Shown: positions 38,880 to 49,063, counted from the first letter of the stretch. The stretch: DNA of 64,000 nt from Candidatus Heimdallarchaeum aukensis (GCA_021513695.1 CP084166.1:1760001-1824000); one strand, 5' to 3'. The notes: generated by a model from the letters alone, not told the origin. A program made the numbers and translations.

Positions 38880-39229
38880 TAATTGCCTTTTATGTGTTTT
38901 TCTATAATTAAATCAATTTGAAGCTTCAAGAACAATATTTTTTTAATTTAGTAAATGCGTTTAACGATGCAATCCGATAATAGTTTTTTAACAGTTCTCA
39001 ACTCTTAATTCCCTCTAACTAGAAATAAACTATATACATTTACCATAAAACTGGGTTATTACAACGTATTTAACAATATTACACCTTTTTTACGAGTTTT
39101 CATAAGTTTTCAGTATAATTCCCTCAATTTCTCCTATTTCCAATTTCTTTATTTTTTTTCGTTTTAATAAAAGAATACTTGAAAATTTTAACAGAAAGAG
39201 ATATTATTTAACACAAACATATCTAAATC

Positions 39230-39922
39230 ATGCAAAATTTGCTTAAAGACACAACATCTTCAGCTAAAACGCCATTAATGTGTGCAAAAGACTTATCCTT
39301 TGGCTATAAGAAAAATAACCCTGTCATAAAACAGCTCTCCCTTAAGGTCCACAAAGGAGAAATCATAGGAATCAGCGGAGAAAATGGTTCTGGAAAATCT
39401 ACTCTCCTTAAATTACTTGTTGGTCTTTTAAAACCTCAAAAGGGAGAAATCACTCTCCATGGAAAACTTGGATATTCACCACAAGATATTCTCTTATTTG
39501 ATAATTTGACAGTAATGGAAAATTTTATGGTATTCGGAAAAGGTTTAAACCTAAATGAGCAAGAAATTCGTGAGCAAGCAAAAGACATTATGGAACGTTT
39601 AAAATTCACCCAATATGAGAACACTCTCGTGAAAAATTTGAGTGGAGGGACTGCACAAAAAACAAATTTTGGTATAGCTTTACTCGGGAATCCTGATATG
39701 CTTATTCTTGATGAACCATACCAAGGAATGGATTATTCATCGTTCACTGCGTTTTGGGAGATACAATTCGATATGCGAAAACAAGGAAAAGCAATCATTA
39801 TTGTTAGTCACTTAATAGAAGATAAAGAAAAGTTTACACATTCACTTCATCTTATTAACGGAAAGTTACAAGCATGTACAAAAGAAGATTGCCCCGTGTG
39901 CTGTGAGGGGACATCATGCTAA
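39230..39922 (+). CDS. ABC transporter ATP-binding protein with Cys-rich C-terminal tail
   Basis: Walker A GENGSGKST, signature LSGGTAQK, Walker B ILDEP. The C-terminus is CTKEDCPVCCEGTSC. Confidence 0.85.
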   Translation: MQNLLKDTTSSAKTPLMCAKDLSFGYKKNNPVIKQLSLKVHKGEIIGISGENGSGKSTLLKLLVGLLKPQKGEITLHGKLGYSPQDILLFDNLTVMENFMVFGKGLNLNEQEIREQAKDIMERLKFTQYENTLVKNLSGGTAQKTNFGIALLGNPDMLILDEPYQGMDYSSFTAFWEIQFDMRKQGKAIIIVSHLIEDKEKFTHSLHLINGKLQACTKEDCPVCCEGTSC

Positions 39923-40671
39923 AACGTGGGTTCTTTCTAACGGGTTTTACTCTAAAATCCTTACTTCGAAATAAAACCATTGTATTCAGTTCATTAATTC
40001 TTCCTATTCTAACTTTACTGTCAACTTGGTGGGTTACAGTAGATGAGCTAATGTCATTTGAATTGCAAAATAATGAACAACTCTACCAAAGCATGAAAGA
40101 TGTACATATTCTCACAGGAGCGCTCACTGCGGTCGCAATCACATCGGGAATTATTAGTTACATTTTAACTGTGGAAAATAACATGATTTCTCCACGTCTA
40201 AAAATCACAGGATACACACAACTAGAAATCAGTCTTAGTCTTTTAGTTTCAATTTTTACCATTCTCTCTCTTGCAAATATCAGCACCTTTCTCTTATCGC
40301 TTCTCCTCTTCTGGCCAAAAAATCCAGCCGGAGTCCTCGTTGCCATATTGTTTACAACCATCATTTACACCGTTTTTGGTTTCTTTATCGGTTTTTATTT
40401 CACAAAAATTATGGAAGGAACACTTATTGTCCTCATTTTTTCATTCATTGACTTAATGATGATAAGTAATCCTATGGGTGGAGAGATATACTTGAAACCA
40501 TGGACAAAATTCTTTCCAGGGTTCTGGCCAACGCAAATTGTTCTTCACGCAGGGTTTTTGGATGACCCATTCTATTACTGGGGACCAATACTATGGACAC
40601 TGGCTATTTCTCTCGTGCTTCTGATCATCCCACAACTAAAATCGCTGTTATATAACAAAGGAGGCCATTAA
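39916..40671 (+). CDS. ABC-2-type permease (paralog 1)
   Basis: A polytopic membrane protein overlapping the ATPase stop. It is similar in layout to the next ORF. Confidence 0.5.
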   Translation: MLKRGFFLTGFTLKSLLRNKTIVFSSLILPILTLLSTWWVTVDELMSFELQNNEQLYQSMKDVHILTGALTAVAITSGIISYILTVENNMISPRLKITGYTQLEISLSLLVSIFTILSLANISTFLLSLLLFWPKNPAGVLVAILFTTIIYTVFGFFIGFYFTKIMEGTLIVLIFSFIDLMMISNPMGGEIYLKPWTKFFPGFWPTQIVLHAGFLDDPFYYWGPILWTLAISLVLLIIPQLKSLLYNKGGH

Positions 40672-40672
40672 C

Positions 40673-41416
40673 ATGTCAAAAACTCTACTTTTATCTATTT
40701 ACAAGAATTTTTTACGAGAAAAAATTACAGTTCTAATCTTAGTTATTCTCCCTCTCATTTTGATTCTCACTGCAACAGCAACCGTTCCTGACCAGACTAC
40801 TATTGTCATTCTTGAAGGAAAAATTATTGACCCACAACCAAACGCAAAAGCACTTGCCGTCGTCGTGAACGCACTTACTGCAGTTGCAATGGTAACTTCG
40901 ATTACTGCATTCTTTGCAAATATACAGTTACGAAAAGTAAAACCAAGACTCGAGATAATGGGATACTCCTCTAGACAAATCTCTACAACATTCATTCTTT
41001 TTGCAACTGGAATCAGTATTCTTACATCAGTCGCTATCTATTCCTTAAGCCTAATTTGGTTTACCCCTTACAACAGTCTTGGATTTTTTTCAACCCTTAT
41101 CATTGGCTCACTTTTATTTTCTACAACAGGACTTGTTCTCTCAACCCTAATAAAATCTCGAGAACTTGGTTTATATCTCTTATTAACCATTGTTATACTT
41201 GATGTCGCTTTTCTGGAGCATCCCTTTTACTCAAGACAGTATGATAATTCAGCACTTATAGTTATGCCAGGACATTATGTGATACGAATGGTTTTTCGTG
41301 CAGCTTTTAAAACCGGAAAAATATGGATACAATATTTACCTCATGTTATACTCTATGAGCTTTTCCTTTTCCTCTTACTTATCCTCGTTACTAAATTAAC
41401 ATCTAAAAAAGGGTAA
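40673..41416 (+). CDS. ABC-2-type permease (paralog 2)
   Basis: A polytopic membrane protein 1 nt after the previous stop, giving tandem duplicated permeases. Confidence 0.5.
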   Translation: MSKTLLLSIYKNFLREKITVLILVILPLILILTATATVPDQTTIVILEGKIIDPQPNAKALAVVVNALTAVAMVTSITAFFANIQLRKVKPRLEIMGYSSRQISTTFILFATGISILTSVAIYSLSLIWFTPYNSLGFFSTLIIGSLLFSTTGLVLSTLIKSRELGLYLLLTIVILDVAFLEHPFYSRQYDNSALIVMPGHYVIRMVFRAAFKTGKIWIQYLPHVILYELFLFLLLILVTKLTSKKG

Positions 41417-41780
41417 AATACAAAAAAATATCCAGTTTATTATCACAACAACTCTGCACAAAGAAAAGCCTAAATTTAACAAATTGGTCATCGGAATTCT
41501 ATAAAGTAATCTCGATTGAAAAGTTCTTCATTTTACTCACAAGACGCAACATTTATCACGACAATGATCAAACTGTCAACAAATTTGGACTATGGTCTTA
41601 AGCAAAAAAGAAGACTAACACCAAAATTTAAAAAGTTAATTTAAACTAAAAATCTATTTGAAAAACAATTAATGAAAGTGAAGTTTCAAGTAGCAAACAT
41701 ATTACGATTAAGTTATATCTAATAACTAAAAATATCTAGTGAGAAGGAGCGCCATATAACGAAATAAATAGTAAATTTGG

Positions 41781-41857
41781 GGCTGGATGGCCTAGTTTGG
41801 TAAGGCTCCAAGTTCGGGACTTGGTGATCGAGTGTTCAAATCACTCTCCAGCCACCA
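41781..41857 (+). tRNA. tRNA-Pro(CGG), no intron; CCA encoded
   Basis: Acceptor GGCTGGA pairs with TCCAGCC. D-arm is GCCT/AGGC, anticodon stem CCAAG/CTTGG, loop TTCGGGA. T-arm is GAGTG-TTCAAAT-CACTC. Confidence 0.8.
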
Positions 41858-42048
41858 CATCAAATTTGATTAAAAAATTAAAGTATAAATTGTATTCTTT
41901 ACTATTATTGTTGCTAAAAGCAGAAATCAGAATGTTGAAAATATGTTTACATAAGGAAGATTAAAGAATGATGAGTTACATTATTATTAGAGAATAAAAA
42001 AACGGTCGACTTAGCAAAACTAAGAAAATGTTTAGGGGATTCTATTAA

Positions 42049-42636
42049 ATGAGTGAAAGTAGTGATGACTTTGAGCAAGAGAAACAAGCGTCTAATATTA
42101 ACATTACTGAACGTCAACGTCAAACTTTAATTGAGGTTGTTGAAGACATTTGTGGAGACGAGGTAAAACAAGTTACGCTTGTTTTACTTAATAGTGATGA
42201 AGAAATCACTGATGAAGAGATCTCTGAGAAATTAGATATGCGTTTAAATCTTGTTCGTAAATCATTATACAAACTATACGACCTCCAATTAGCGAGTTTT
42301 AGACGTATTAGAGATAAAAATACTGGCTGGTTCGTTTATTTTTGGACACTTCATCCTGAAAGAATTGACATTTTTGTTCAAAAGAAGCAGCAAGAGGTTC
42401 TTGAAAAACTTCAATCACGCTTAGAATATGAAGAATCTAATATGTTCTTTAAGTGCAGCACTGCAGAGTGTCCTCGCTTCACATTTCAAGAAGCTATGGA
42501 TGCAAATTTCATTTGTCCAAAATGTGGAGGAAGATTGGAAGCTTTTGATAATGAACAAATTAAAAAAGTATTAAAGAATAAGATTGACGAACTAAAGAAA
42601 ATCCAAAAGAAGACTGAAAAAATAGTTGGTGCATAA
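42049..42636 (+). CDS. tfe: transcription factor E (TFIIE-alpha homolog)
   Basis: An N-terminal winged helix and a C-terminal zinc ribbon CSTAECPRF...CPKCGGRL. Confidence 0.7.
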   Translation: MSESSDDFEQEKQASNINITERQRQTLIEVVEDICGDEVKQVTLVLLNSDEEITDEEISEKLDMRLNLVRKSLYKLYDLQLASFRRIRDKNTGWFVYFWTLHPERIDIFVQKKQQEVLEKLQSRLEYEESNMFFKCSTAECPRFTFQEAMDANFICPKCGGRLEAFDNEQIKKVLKNKIDELKKIQKKTEKIVGA

Positions 42637-42664
42637 GTTTATTTTTCGTCTATATTTTCATTAA

Positions 42665-43318
42665 CTATTGTTTTTTTGCTTCAAGGATATCTTTGACTCT
42701 TTTTAATCGAGAGAATGTTTCTCTTTCTTGTTCCTCTAAAGAACTTGCAATAAATATAGCAATTGCTTTTAGTTTAGGGATTAATATATAATTAAGAGCA
42801 TTTACCCTTCTTTTTGTTTTATTAATTTCAGAAGCTATTTTTTCTAGTAAAGTCATTTTTTCTGCAATAACCATTAATGTTTTCAAAGATTTTCGAAAAT
42901 ATGTTATTGCGAGATCAAGCTGTGCACTTGAATTTGCTAACCCATAGAAAACTTTCTCTTCTTCTGCTTCTTTAACTTCAGTAACAATAAACCTTGGTGC
43001 TTTTACACCCATTATGCTTGTTGTTAGAGTTTGAAGTTGTAGAATTTCAGGTGCATATTGTGCAAAATCTCTAATTTTGTCTGGTCCGATCATCATTTCA
43101 GCTTTGGCTAAAGCTTTATATGCTTGAAGGAGCTCCTCTTCAATTTGCTTTTTTGCTGCTCTAACTTCATCCTTAATTGCATAAAGTTCTAAGACTAAGG
43201 CATCCATTTTCTCTTTTAATAGATCATGACCTTTTTGTGCAAGTTTAATTTTTGCTCTGATATTTAACAGTTCCATACGTGTTGTCTTCACGGTACCAAA
43301 TTCAATATTGGCGCTCAT
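42665..43318 (-). CDS. atpD: A/V-type ATP synthase subunit D
   Basis: TRMELLNIRAKIKLAQKGHDLLKEKMDAL is the typical central-stalk D pattern. Confidence 0.75.
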   Translation of the reverse strand: MSANIEFGTVKTTRMELLNIRAKIKLAQKGHDLLKEKMDALVLELYAIKDEVRAAKKQIEEELLQAYKALAKAEMMIGPDKIRDFAQYAPEILQLQTLTTSIMGVKAPRFIVTEVKEAEEEKVFYGLANSSAQLDLAITYFRKSLKTLMVIAEKMTLLEKIASEINKTKRRVNALNYILIPKLKAIAIFIASSLEEQERETFSRLKRVKDILEAKKQ

Positions 43319-43595
43319 CTTGAACGTATAAATTTATATTCATTAAAACTTTGTGTTAAATCTCAGTATATATTCTTTTGAAAAATTGTTAAAATGTAAC
43401 GTAATTTAATTTCCTATTAGTACATAAATTAACAGAAACTAATTAAATTACTTTTTTTATAGTTTGGCTATTTTTAGATTAATTTACAAAAAAATAAGTG
43501 TTGTTATTATATTTGACAAAAAATTATTTTCAACAAAAACGAAAGGTATTTTATTTATCCTTTTTTTATAGAGGATAAGGAAAAAATTTGAGGAT

Positions 43596-44204
43596 ATGAC
43601 AATGCTAGAAATATTTGACCGCGAAAAAAACGAAGAGACAATGGTTTTCCCAGGAACAAGGCTTGGTGTAATTGAAGAGTTTTATGCTGGACCTGGAACC
43701 TACACTGATGATGGTTACATCTATGCAGCTATACCTGGAAAAGTTGTAATTGATAAATTAAATTATGAAGTATCAATAATGCAATTAAAGAATAAGAAAC
43801 TAGTTCAACCCGTTGTTGGCTCCATTTGTTTAGGAACCGTTGTTAGTGTATCTAAGCAAATGATCAATATAGCAATTTATTATGTAAATAATGTTGAGGT
43901 TTACCCAACCTATTCTTGTTTATTACATGTTTCTCAGGCCTCAAAGGCCTATCTTGAGACAGCAGATGAAGCTGTTGCTTTAGGAGATGTTGTCAGAGTA
44001 AAGATAATCGATGCTAAGACAATTCCTCTTCAATGCACTATGGTCGATAGTCATCTAGGAGTGGTAATTAGTTATTGCTCTCGTTGCGGGAATAGATTGG
44101 AAAAAATAGGAAGAAACAAATTAAGATGCAATGAATGTGGAAATATTGAAAATAGAAAAACAGCTATTGATTACGGACACAGTGCTTTACAATTTAAATT
44201 ATAG
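43596..44204 (+). CDS. csl4: exosome complex RNA-binding protein Csl4
   Basis: An N-terminal domain and an S1 domain are followed by a C-terminal zinc ribbon CSRCGNRLEK...CNECGN. Confidence 0.75.
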   Translation: MTMLEIFDREKNEETMVFPGTRLGVIEEFYAGPGTYTDDGYIYAAIPGKVVIDKLNYEVSIMQLKNKKLVQPVVGSICLGTVVSVSKQMINIAIYYVNNVEVYPTYSCLLHVSQASKAYLETADEAVALGDVVRVKIIDAKTIPLQCTMVDSHLGVVISYCSRCGNRLEKIGRNKLRCNECGNIENRKTAIDYGHSALQFKL

Positions 44205-44218
44205 GTTTGTAGTCTGAG

Positions 44219-44950
44219 GTGATTTTATTGGCTAAAACTACAATGAAAGAACTCTCCATTAGTTTTACAGAGAAAGATAAGTTAACGCAATTCATAGACT
44301 TACTTTCTGATGCACCTACTGGAGTTGATCTTGTTCTTCAATACAAATTGGGGAGTATAAAAATCCGTTTATTTGGTGAAAAAGACGATGTTTCTGAATC
44401 TATTTCAAAAATAAAATCATTTAGTAAGATGTATCTTGAGTCAATAAGAAAGAATGATAAAGGTTTTTATGTTCATCATCTTCCTCTCATTCAACGCACT
44501 ACAAAGAAAATAATTGCTTTAGATACACTTTCAACTATTTTAAATTATGCAGGATTTGAGACTCAACTGGCTGAAAAAAAACTTATTTCAACAGCAAAGA
44601 TGGAAGATGTGCTTGATGTTCTGAACAAATCGTATGATATTTTACCCGAACTAGAAAAAATTAAGGGTAAACCATTAAGAAAGGTACTATTAACGGTTAG
44701 CTTTATTACTAATCAAAGTGTTGACTTTATTATCGACTATGGTCTAGAAAAAGGTTTCTTCAGAGAATATAAAAATAGAATTTTAGTTACACAAGATATC
44801 GAACGTTGTATCTCTGGGTTAATTCAGCATATCCCTCGTGATAAAACTGAAAAAAAACCTAGCATTCTTATTGAAACAAACGATAATGAGTGGACTACAA
44901 TAGGCGACCGTCTCGGAAATAGTTCTTTTGACGTCGATAATGATGATTAA
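44219..44950 (+). CDS. hypothetical protein between csl4 and rpoL
   Basis: A 243-aa ORF, co-directional, with short spacers to both neighbours. Confidence 0.45.
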   Translation: MILLAKTTMKELSISFTEKDKLTQFIDLLSDAPTGVDLVLQYKLGSIKIRLFGEKDDVSESISKIKSFSKMYLESIRKNDKGFYVHHLPLIQRTTKKIIALDTLSTILNYAGFETQLAEKKLISTAKMEDVLDVLNKSYDILPELEKIKGKPLRKVLLTVSFITNQSVDFIIDYGLEKGFFREYKNRILVTQDIERCISGLIQHIPRDKTEKKPSILIETNDNEWTTIGDRLGNSSFDVDNDD

Positions 44951-45028
44951 AATTCTTATCTTTCAAAGAAAAAATTGAGTTCAAAAACAAACAATTTAAA
45001 AAAAAAGTGTTAATATGCATTTGAGGTT

Positions 45029-45319
45029 GTGTTAATGGAAATAAAAATTCTAAAAAAAGAAGACGGATATGTTAAACTAAACATCAGAGGAACTGACCCC
45101 CATACTTTATTTAATTTACTCCGAGTTCAATTATTAAGTGATCCTGAAGTAGACTTTGCAGGTTATTGGAGAAACGAATCTTTTTATGAAAGTATCATCT
45201 TCCAAGTAAGATTAAAGGATGAATCAAAAGACCCAATTGAAGTGATCAAGCAAGCTTTAGACAATATACGAGAACAAACAGAGGAATTTATTAAGGTGAG
45301 TAAAGAAAAGCTTAGTTAG
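45029..45319 (+). CDS. rpoL: DNA-directed RNA polymerase subunit L (Rpo11/Rpb11 homolog)
   Basis: VKLNIRGTDPHTLFNLLRVQLLSDPEVDFAGY is the Rpb11/RpoL pattern. Confidence 0.7.
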   Translation: MLMEIKILKKEDGYVKLNIRGTDPHTLFNLLRVQLLSDPEVDFAGYWRNESFYESIIFQVRLKDESKDPIEVIKQALDNIREQTEEFIKVSKEKLS

Positions 45320-45325
45320 TTTTGG

Positions 45326-45742
45326 GTGTTCTTTTTGGACAATTCTTTTTTAGATAAACAAAATTTAAATGAGATTTTAAACAATAAACACTTGGCTAAA
45401 TTTGGCGATTCTGTTGTAAATTTTGTTTATTCTTATGCACTGTTTAAAGCTTATAATATTCTAACAGGCATTAAAGTATCAGATTATTGTCTTTCAGAAG
45501 CATGTAAAACTTCACCTCTTAGAAATTATGTAGGTACTAGAAAAAAGAAGGGAGAACTAGGCGACGCTGTTGAGGCATTTATTGGCTATATCGTCATTCA
45601 AAATGAATCAAAACTTTTAGAAATTGTTTCGAACCTAGTCCACTTTCTTAAAATGTCAAAAATGGCTCTTAAGCAACCAGAAGACGAGATATGTGTAAAA
45701 GTTTTTTCTTTCTTATTAAACAAACTTTTCAATGAATTGTAA
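45326..45742 (+). CDS. Mini-RNase-III-like protein (single RNase III catalytic domain, no dsRBD)
   Basis: The RNase III signature-like KFGDSVVNFVYSYALF and the second acidic block GELGDAVEAFIGYI lie in a 138-aa protein. Confidence 0.5.
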   Translation: MFFLDNSFLDKQNLNEILNNKHLAKFGDSVVNFVYSYALFKAYNILTGIKVSDYCLSEACKTSPLRNYVGTRKKKGELGDAVEAFIGYIVIQNESKLLEIVSNLVHFLKMSKMALKQPEDEICVKVFSFLLNKLFNEL

Positions 45743-45777
45743 TTGGCTTTCTAAAGAAAGAAAGCTGAACAATTTTC

Positions 45778-46362
45778 TCATTCAAGGATATAATCTTTAA
45801 ATGTTTGACCAATTAGATCTGCTATTCTTAGAGATTCTGGTAAAAAACTAGTGAAAGTTGCCTTTTCAATAATCTCTCTAACTTCGTTAATTTCATCGAT
45901 ACCTACATACTGAACAACTGCCTCAAATTCTCTACCAATTTGATTTTTAAACTTTATACTTTTCATTGGAGGATTTGAAAAGAGCGTATTGTAACGTTTT
46001 TCTCCATCTTCCAAATGCATAATTGCTCTTCGAATTTTTTCTTCATCAGGTTTTTTACTTAAAATCGTAATAACAGGAATATCTAATTGTTCATACAAAG
46101 CATTCATATCTATTACATTAAAAGCAGCTATGGTTGAACTAGCTAAAAATATTGTTTTTAACTGTGTGACAAATTTACTTTTTTGTATCATCTTGATTAT
46201 TTTCTCCGTTGCATCTAGACCATCAACTTCTATTTCGCTCCTTAAAATTCCCTCTACAATATCATAGCCACGAGTTATCACTCCGAAAATAAAAGTTTTT
46301 TTGGATCTATTACGATCAAATGCAGCGTCATCAATACCTATTGTACGAATCTTGGTTTTCAC
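45778..46362 (-). CDS. DUF99/UPF0215-family protein (endonuclease V-like RNase H fold)
   Basis: IGIDDAAF...FGVITRG...VDGLDATEKI is the typical archaeal DUF99 pattern. Confidence 0.45.
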   Translation of the reverse strand: MKTKIRTIGIDDAAFDRNRSKKTFIFGVITRGYDIVEGILRSEIEVDGLDATEKIIKMIQKSKFVTQLKTIFLASSTIAAFNVIDMNALYEQLDIPVITILSKKPDEEKIRRAIMHLEDGEKRYNTLFSNPPMKSIKFKNQIGREFEAVVQYVGIDEINEVREIIEKATFTSFLPESLRIADLIGQTFKDYILE

Positions 46363-46412
46363 TTTTTAATTTTTAAAAAAAATGTATAAATATTTATTGT
46401 AAAAAAGGAAAA

Positions 46413-46955
46413 TTAAGTAAATTTTTTTCTGAGAATTGGGACAACGAACAAAGCGAGTAATGAAGTGCCCAAGCATACTGGTGTTTTTTCAGCTGTTGGC
46501 TCATTAACGTCTATTTTAATATAATATGAGTCCGTTGTTGGTTGAACTATATTGTCTAACCCCAAAAAGTCGAGAGAATTGGGAAGGAGAATATTTGTTC
46601 CATTTTCGTAATAAACTATGAAATGATATCCAATTGTTGAACCTGCTTCTTGTGTTACGTAATAGTTTCCAGAAAAAATATCACCATTTTGCTCCATTAG
46701 AACTGGATTCGTATCACAAATAAAATCAGGACTAAGTTGACAGAAAAAGAGCCTTATATAGGATATATCTTCTGAACTATAAGCTTCTATTGTAATAGTA
46801 ACATTTGTTTCTGGAGTAACAAATGAAGGAGTTTCGTTTATTGATTTTATATTGTAATTTTGTCCATAGACATACATTCTAGTTTCTAATGCAATAAAAA
46901 AGAAAAGAATTATGGTAATCATACCAACTAGTTTAACTGATAAGAGTTTTTTCAT
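46413..46955 (-). CDS. secreted protein with N-terminal signal/TM and C-terminal KTPV-TM-RKK anchor
   Basis: An N-terminal hydrophobic segment, an extracellular body containing Cys, and the C-terminus ...EKTPVCLGTSLLALFVVPILRKKFT. Confidence 0.45.
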   Translation of the reverse strand: MKKLLSVKLVGMITIILFFFIALETRMYVYGQNYNIKSINETPSFVTPETNVTITIEAYSSEDISYIRLFFCQLSPDFICDTNPVLMEQNGDIFSGNYYVTQEAGSTIGYHFIVYYENGTNILLPNSLDFLGLDNIVQPTTDSYYIKIDVNEPTAEKTPVCLGTSLLALFVVPILRKKFT

Positions 46956-46956
46956 T

Positions 46957-48285
46957 TCAGCTTAAAAGAAAAAATTCCAATAATAAATATATCCCCACTA
47001 ATATTATTATAACACTAGCTACTTTCTTGATGAGCTCTGTTGCATTTCTTATCTTTTTGAGTAGTGCATCTCGAGAAAGGCTAATAAGGAGCGTAGCAAA
47101 AGCCATGAGAAAAATAATTGTTAATGAAAAAGCTATGTATCCAAAAATTATTTTTGTCACAGATAAAGAAGATATTTGAAGAGCAAACGCAAAGAAAATA
47201 GGTGCGTTACAACCAAGTGATGCTAGTCCATATCCAATGCCATAAAGAAAGGTCTGATTTATTTTTGTTATAGTTTCTCTTTTCTTTCTTTTTTCTCTAT
47301 TTTCATTTATTTTCCTTTGTTTTTTGTTTATCCATTGTTGAATAGAGTTAAATTGTAAAGAAAAGTTTGTAAACATTGAAATTCCAAGTACGATTAAGAG
47401 CCCTCCGATTATAGGAACCAAGTAAGGAACATATTTTTTTATGCTTCCTCCAATAAGTGTGATTAGAACACCCAATATTCCGTAACTAATTAGTATTCCT
47501 ACTCCCCCAACACTACCAATCAATAAGTAAACTGGAGAATTTCCTTTGTGCTCTTCTTTTTCTGTAGCACTTGTTAAAGTGTTACTATCTTGTTCTTCAA
47601 TTGACTGATCGTTTTGTTCTTTTTTCCGTTTTTGATCTTGTCCTATAATATGAGCTAAGTAACTAGGAAGAAGGGGAAAAGCACAAGGAGAGAAAAATGA
47701 AGCTATTCCTGTTAATACAGCAAAACCTATAGTAAATTCACTTCTTGTAGTTATTTCTGTTCCACTTAACTCCCCATTTATTGTTTGTTGCAATACATCT
47801 CGTAATGTATCTTCAGCTATAACTCCTGTATCATGAAATGTGATTATACCTTCTTTACTAATAATAACAAAAGTAGGTAGAGAGATTACACTATAATCGT
47901 CAACCATATTCTCTGAAGCAAAAGCAACATACCAAGAAATATTATATTCTTGTTTATAATTTTCTAATCCTTCCTTTGTAGTAAATGAATCAATTTCAAG
48001 TGTTATTATTGTTATATTTTCATTTATCGATGAATCAGTCCATAAATTGTTTAACACAGGATTCATTTCCTTACATACTGTACAAGTAACACTCATGAAG
48101 TCAAGAAGAAAAACCTTATCACTTTGAGATTCAAAAGAAATAATCTCCCCTTCTAGAGTTTCTACTTGAAAAGATGCAGCTTTTTTGCTTCCAGAACCAG
48201 AATAACGTGTAAAAAAGTAAACTCCAAGCAAAGTACTTAATATTATAAATGTGACTGCTAAAATAATTGCATCTCGTTTTTTCAT
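46957..48285 (-). CDS. thioredoxin-like domain fused to CcdA/DsbD-type thiol-disulfide transporter
   Basis: Signal anchor, then a redoxin domain (LLDFMSVTCTVCKEM), then a six-TM CcdA-like region with FFSPCAFPLLPSYLAH. Confidence 0.65.
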   Translation of the reverse strand: MKKRDAIILAVTFIILSTLLGVYFFTRYSGSGSKKAASFQVETLEGEIISFESQSDKVFLLDFMSVTCTVCKEMNPVLNNLWTDSSINENITIITLEIDSFTTKEGLENYKQEYNISWYVAFASENMVDDYSVISLPTFVIISKEGIITFHDTGVIAEDTLRDVLQQTINGELSGTEITTRSEFTIGFAVLTGIASFFSPCAFPLLPSYLAHIIGQDQKRKKEQNDQSIEEQDSNTLTSATEKEEHKGNSPVYLLIGSVGGVGILISYGILGVLITLIGGSIKKYVPYLVPIIGGLLIVLGISMFTNFSLQFNSIQQWINKKQRKINENREKRKKRETITKINQTFLYGIGYGLASLGCNAPIFFAFALQISSLSVTKIIFGYIAFSLTIIFLMAFATLLISLSRDALLKKIRNATELIKKVASVIIILVGIYLLLEFFLLS

Positions 48286-48402
48286 ACGGGGGGGAAAATT
48301 GAGACAGTTATAAAATTTTTGAGAAACCTTCCCAAGTAAAAAGAAATCAAATAGTTAGTATGTAAAAAGGATTTAAATTAAGGTTGCTTAAAAAATAGAA
48401 GA

Positions 48403-48741
48403 TCACTCAATATCTATGCCTAGTGCCATTCTTATTAACTCTTGTACTCGATCTTCTTCTGACTCGTATTTAGCTTTTTTTCCTGGTACTTCAACTATTA
48501 CCGGATAAGTTTGTTGCCTAATTTTAGCAATTACATTACTATTTGCTTTAGCTACATCCTCTGTTACTATTAGTATTGCAAGGTCTGGTTGTTCAGCTAG
48601 TTTTCTCAAAATTCGTCCAGCATTTTCAGGTTCCATAGTATATGTTTCTGCTATTCCTGCAAGCTTAAAACCGAGTGAAGTTTCCTCGTCACCAACAGAA
48701 ACAATTTTTTTTCTTTCTACGTTACTACTCATCAAAATCAC
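48403..48741 (-). CDS. atpF: A/V-type ATP synthase subunit F
   Basis: KIVSVGDEETSLGFKLAGI...AILIVTEDVA is the subunit F pattern. Confidence 0.65.
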   Translation of the reverse strand: MILMSSNVERKKIVSVGDEETSLGFKLAGIAETYTMEPENAGRILRKLAEQPDLAILIVTEDVAKANSNVIAKIRQQTYPVIVEVPGKKAKYESEEDRVQELIRMALGIDIE

Positions 48742-48745
48742 TTAT

Positions 48746-49063
48746 TTAATCAAATATTTGCTTTACAATGAGTTCAATAGCTTCTTTCTCAACTTTCTTT
48801 GCTTTTTCTTTTAATTTCATCTGCTTCTTCTCAAATTGATTTAGTAATTCATTGTAGTTTTTTTCAGCTTTGGCTTTAACTTCTTCAGTGATCTTTGATG
48901 CTTCTTCTTTAGCTTTTATTTCTGCCTCACGAATTTTTAAAATTGCTTTTTTCTCTGCTTCATTGATTGCTGACTTTTTTTCTTGTTCTGCTTGCTTCAA
49001 TTTTTGTTGATAGTTTCTTTCAGCTTCCTTTATTTTACGTAATAATTCAATTGACATGATCAT
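48746..49063 (-). CDS. atpH: A-type ATP synthase subunit H-like coiled-coil protein
   Basis: A 105-aa all-helical K/E-rich protein with LLRKIKEAE at the N-terminus, 4 nt upstream of atpF. Confidence 0.4.
   Translation of the reverse strand: MIMSIELLRKIKEAERNYQQKLKQAEQEKKSAINEAEKKAILKIREAEIKAKEEASKITEEVKAKAEKNYNELLNQFEKKQMKLKEKAKKVEKEAIELIVKQIFD

Noticed and set aside
41417-41780. Relatively complex 360-nt spacer before tRNA-Pro (possible gene remnant or ncRNA)
   Set aside because: There is no ORF, no convincing secondary structure and no recognisable motif. It is most likely a promoter region.
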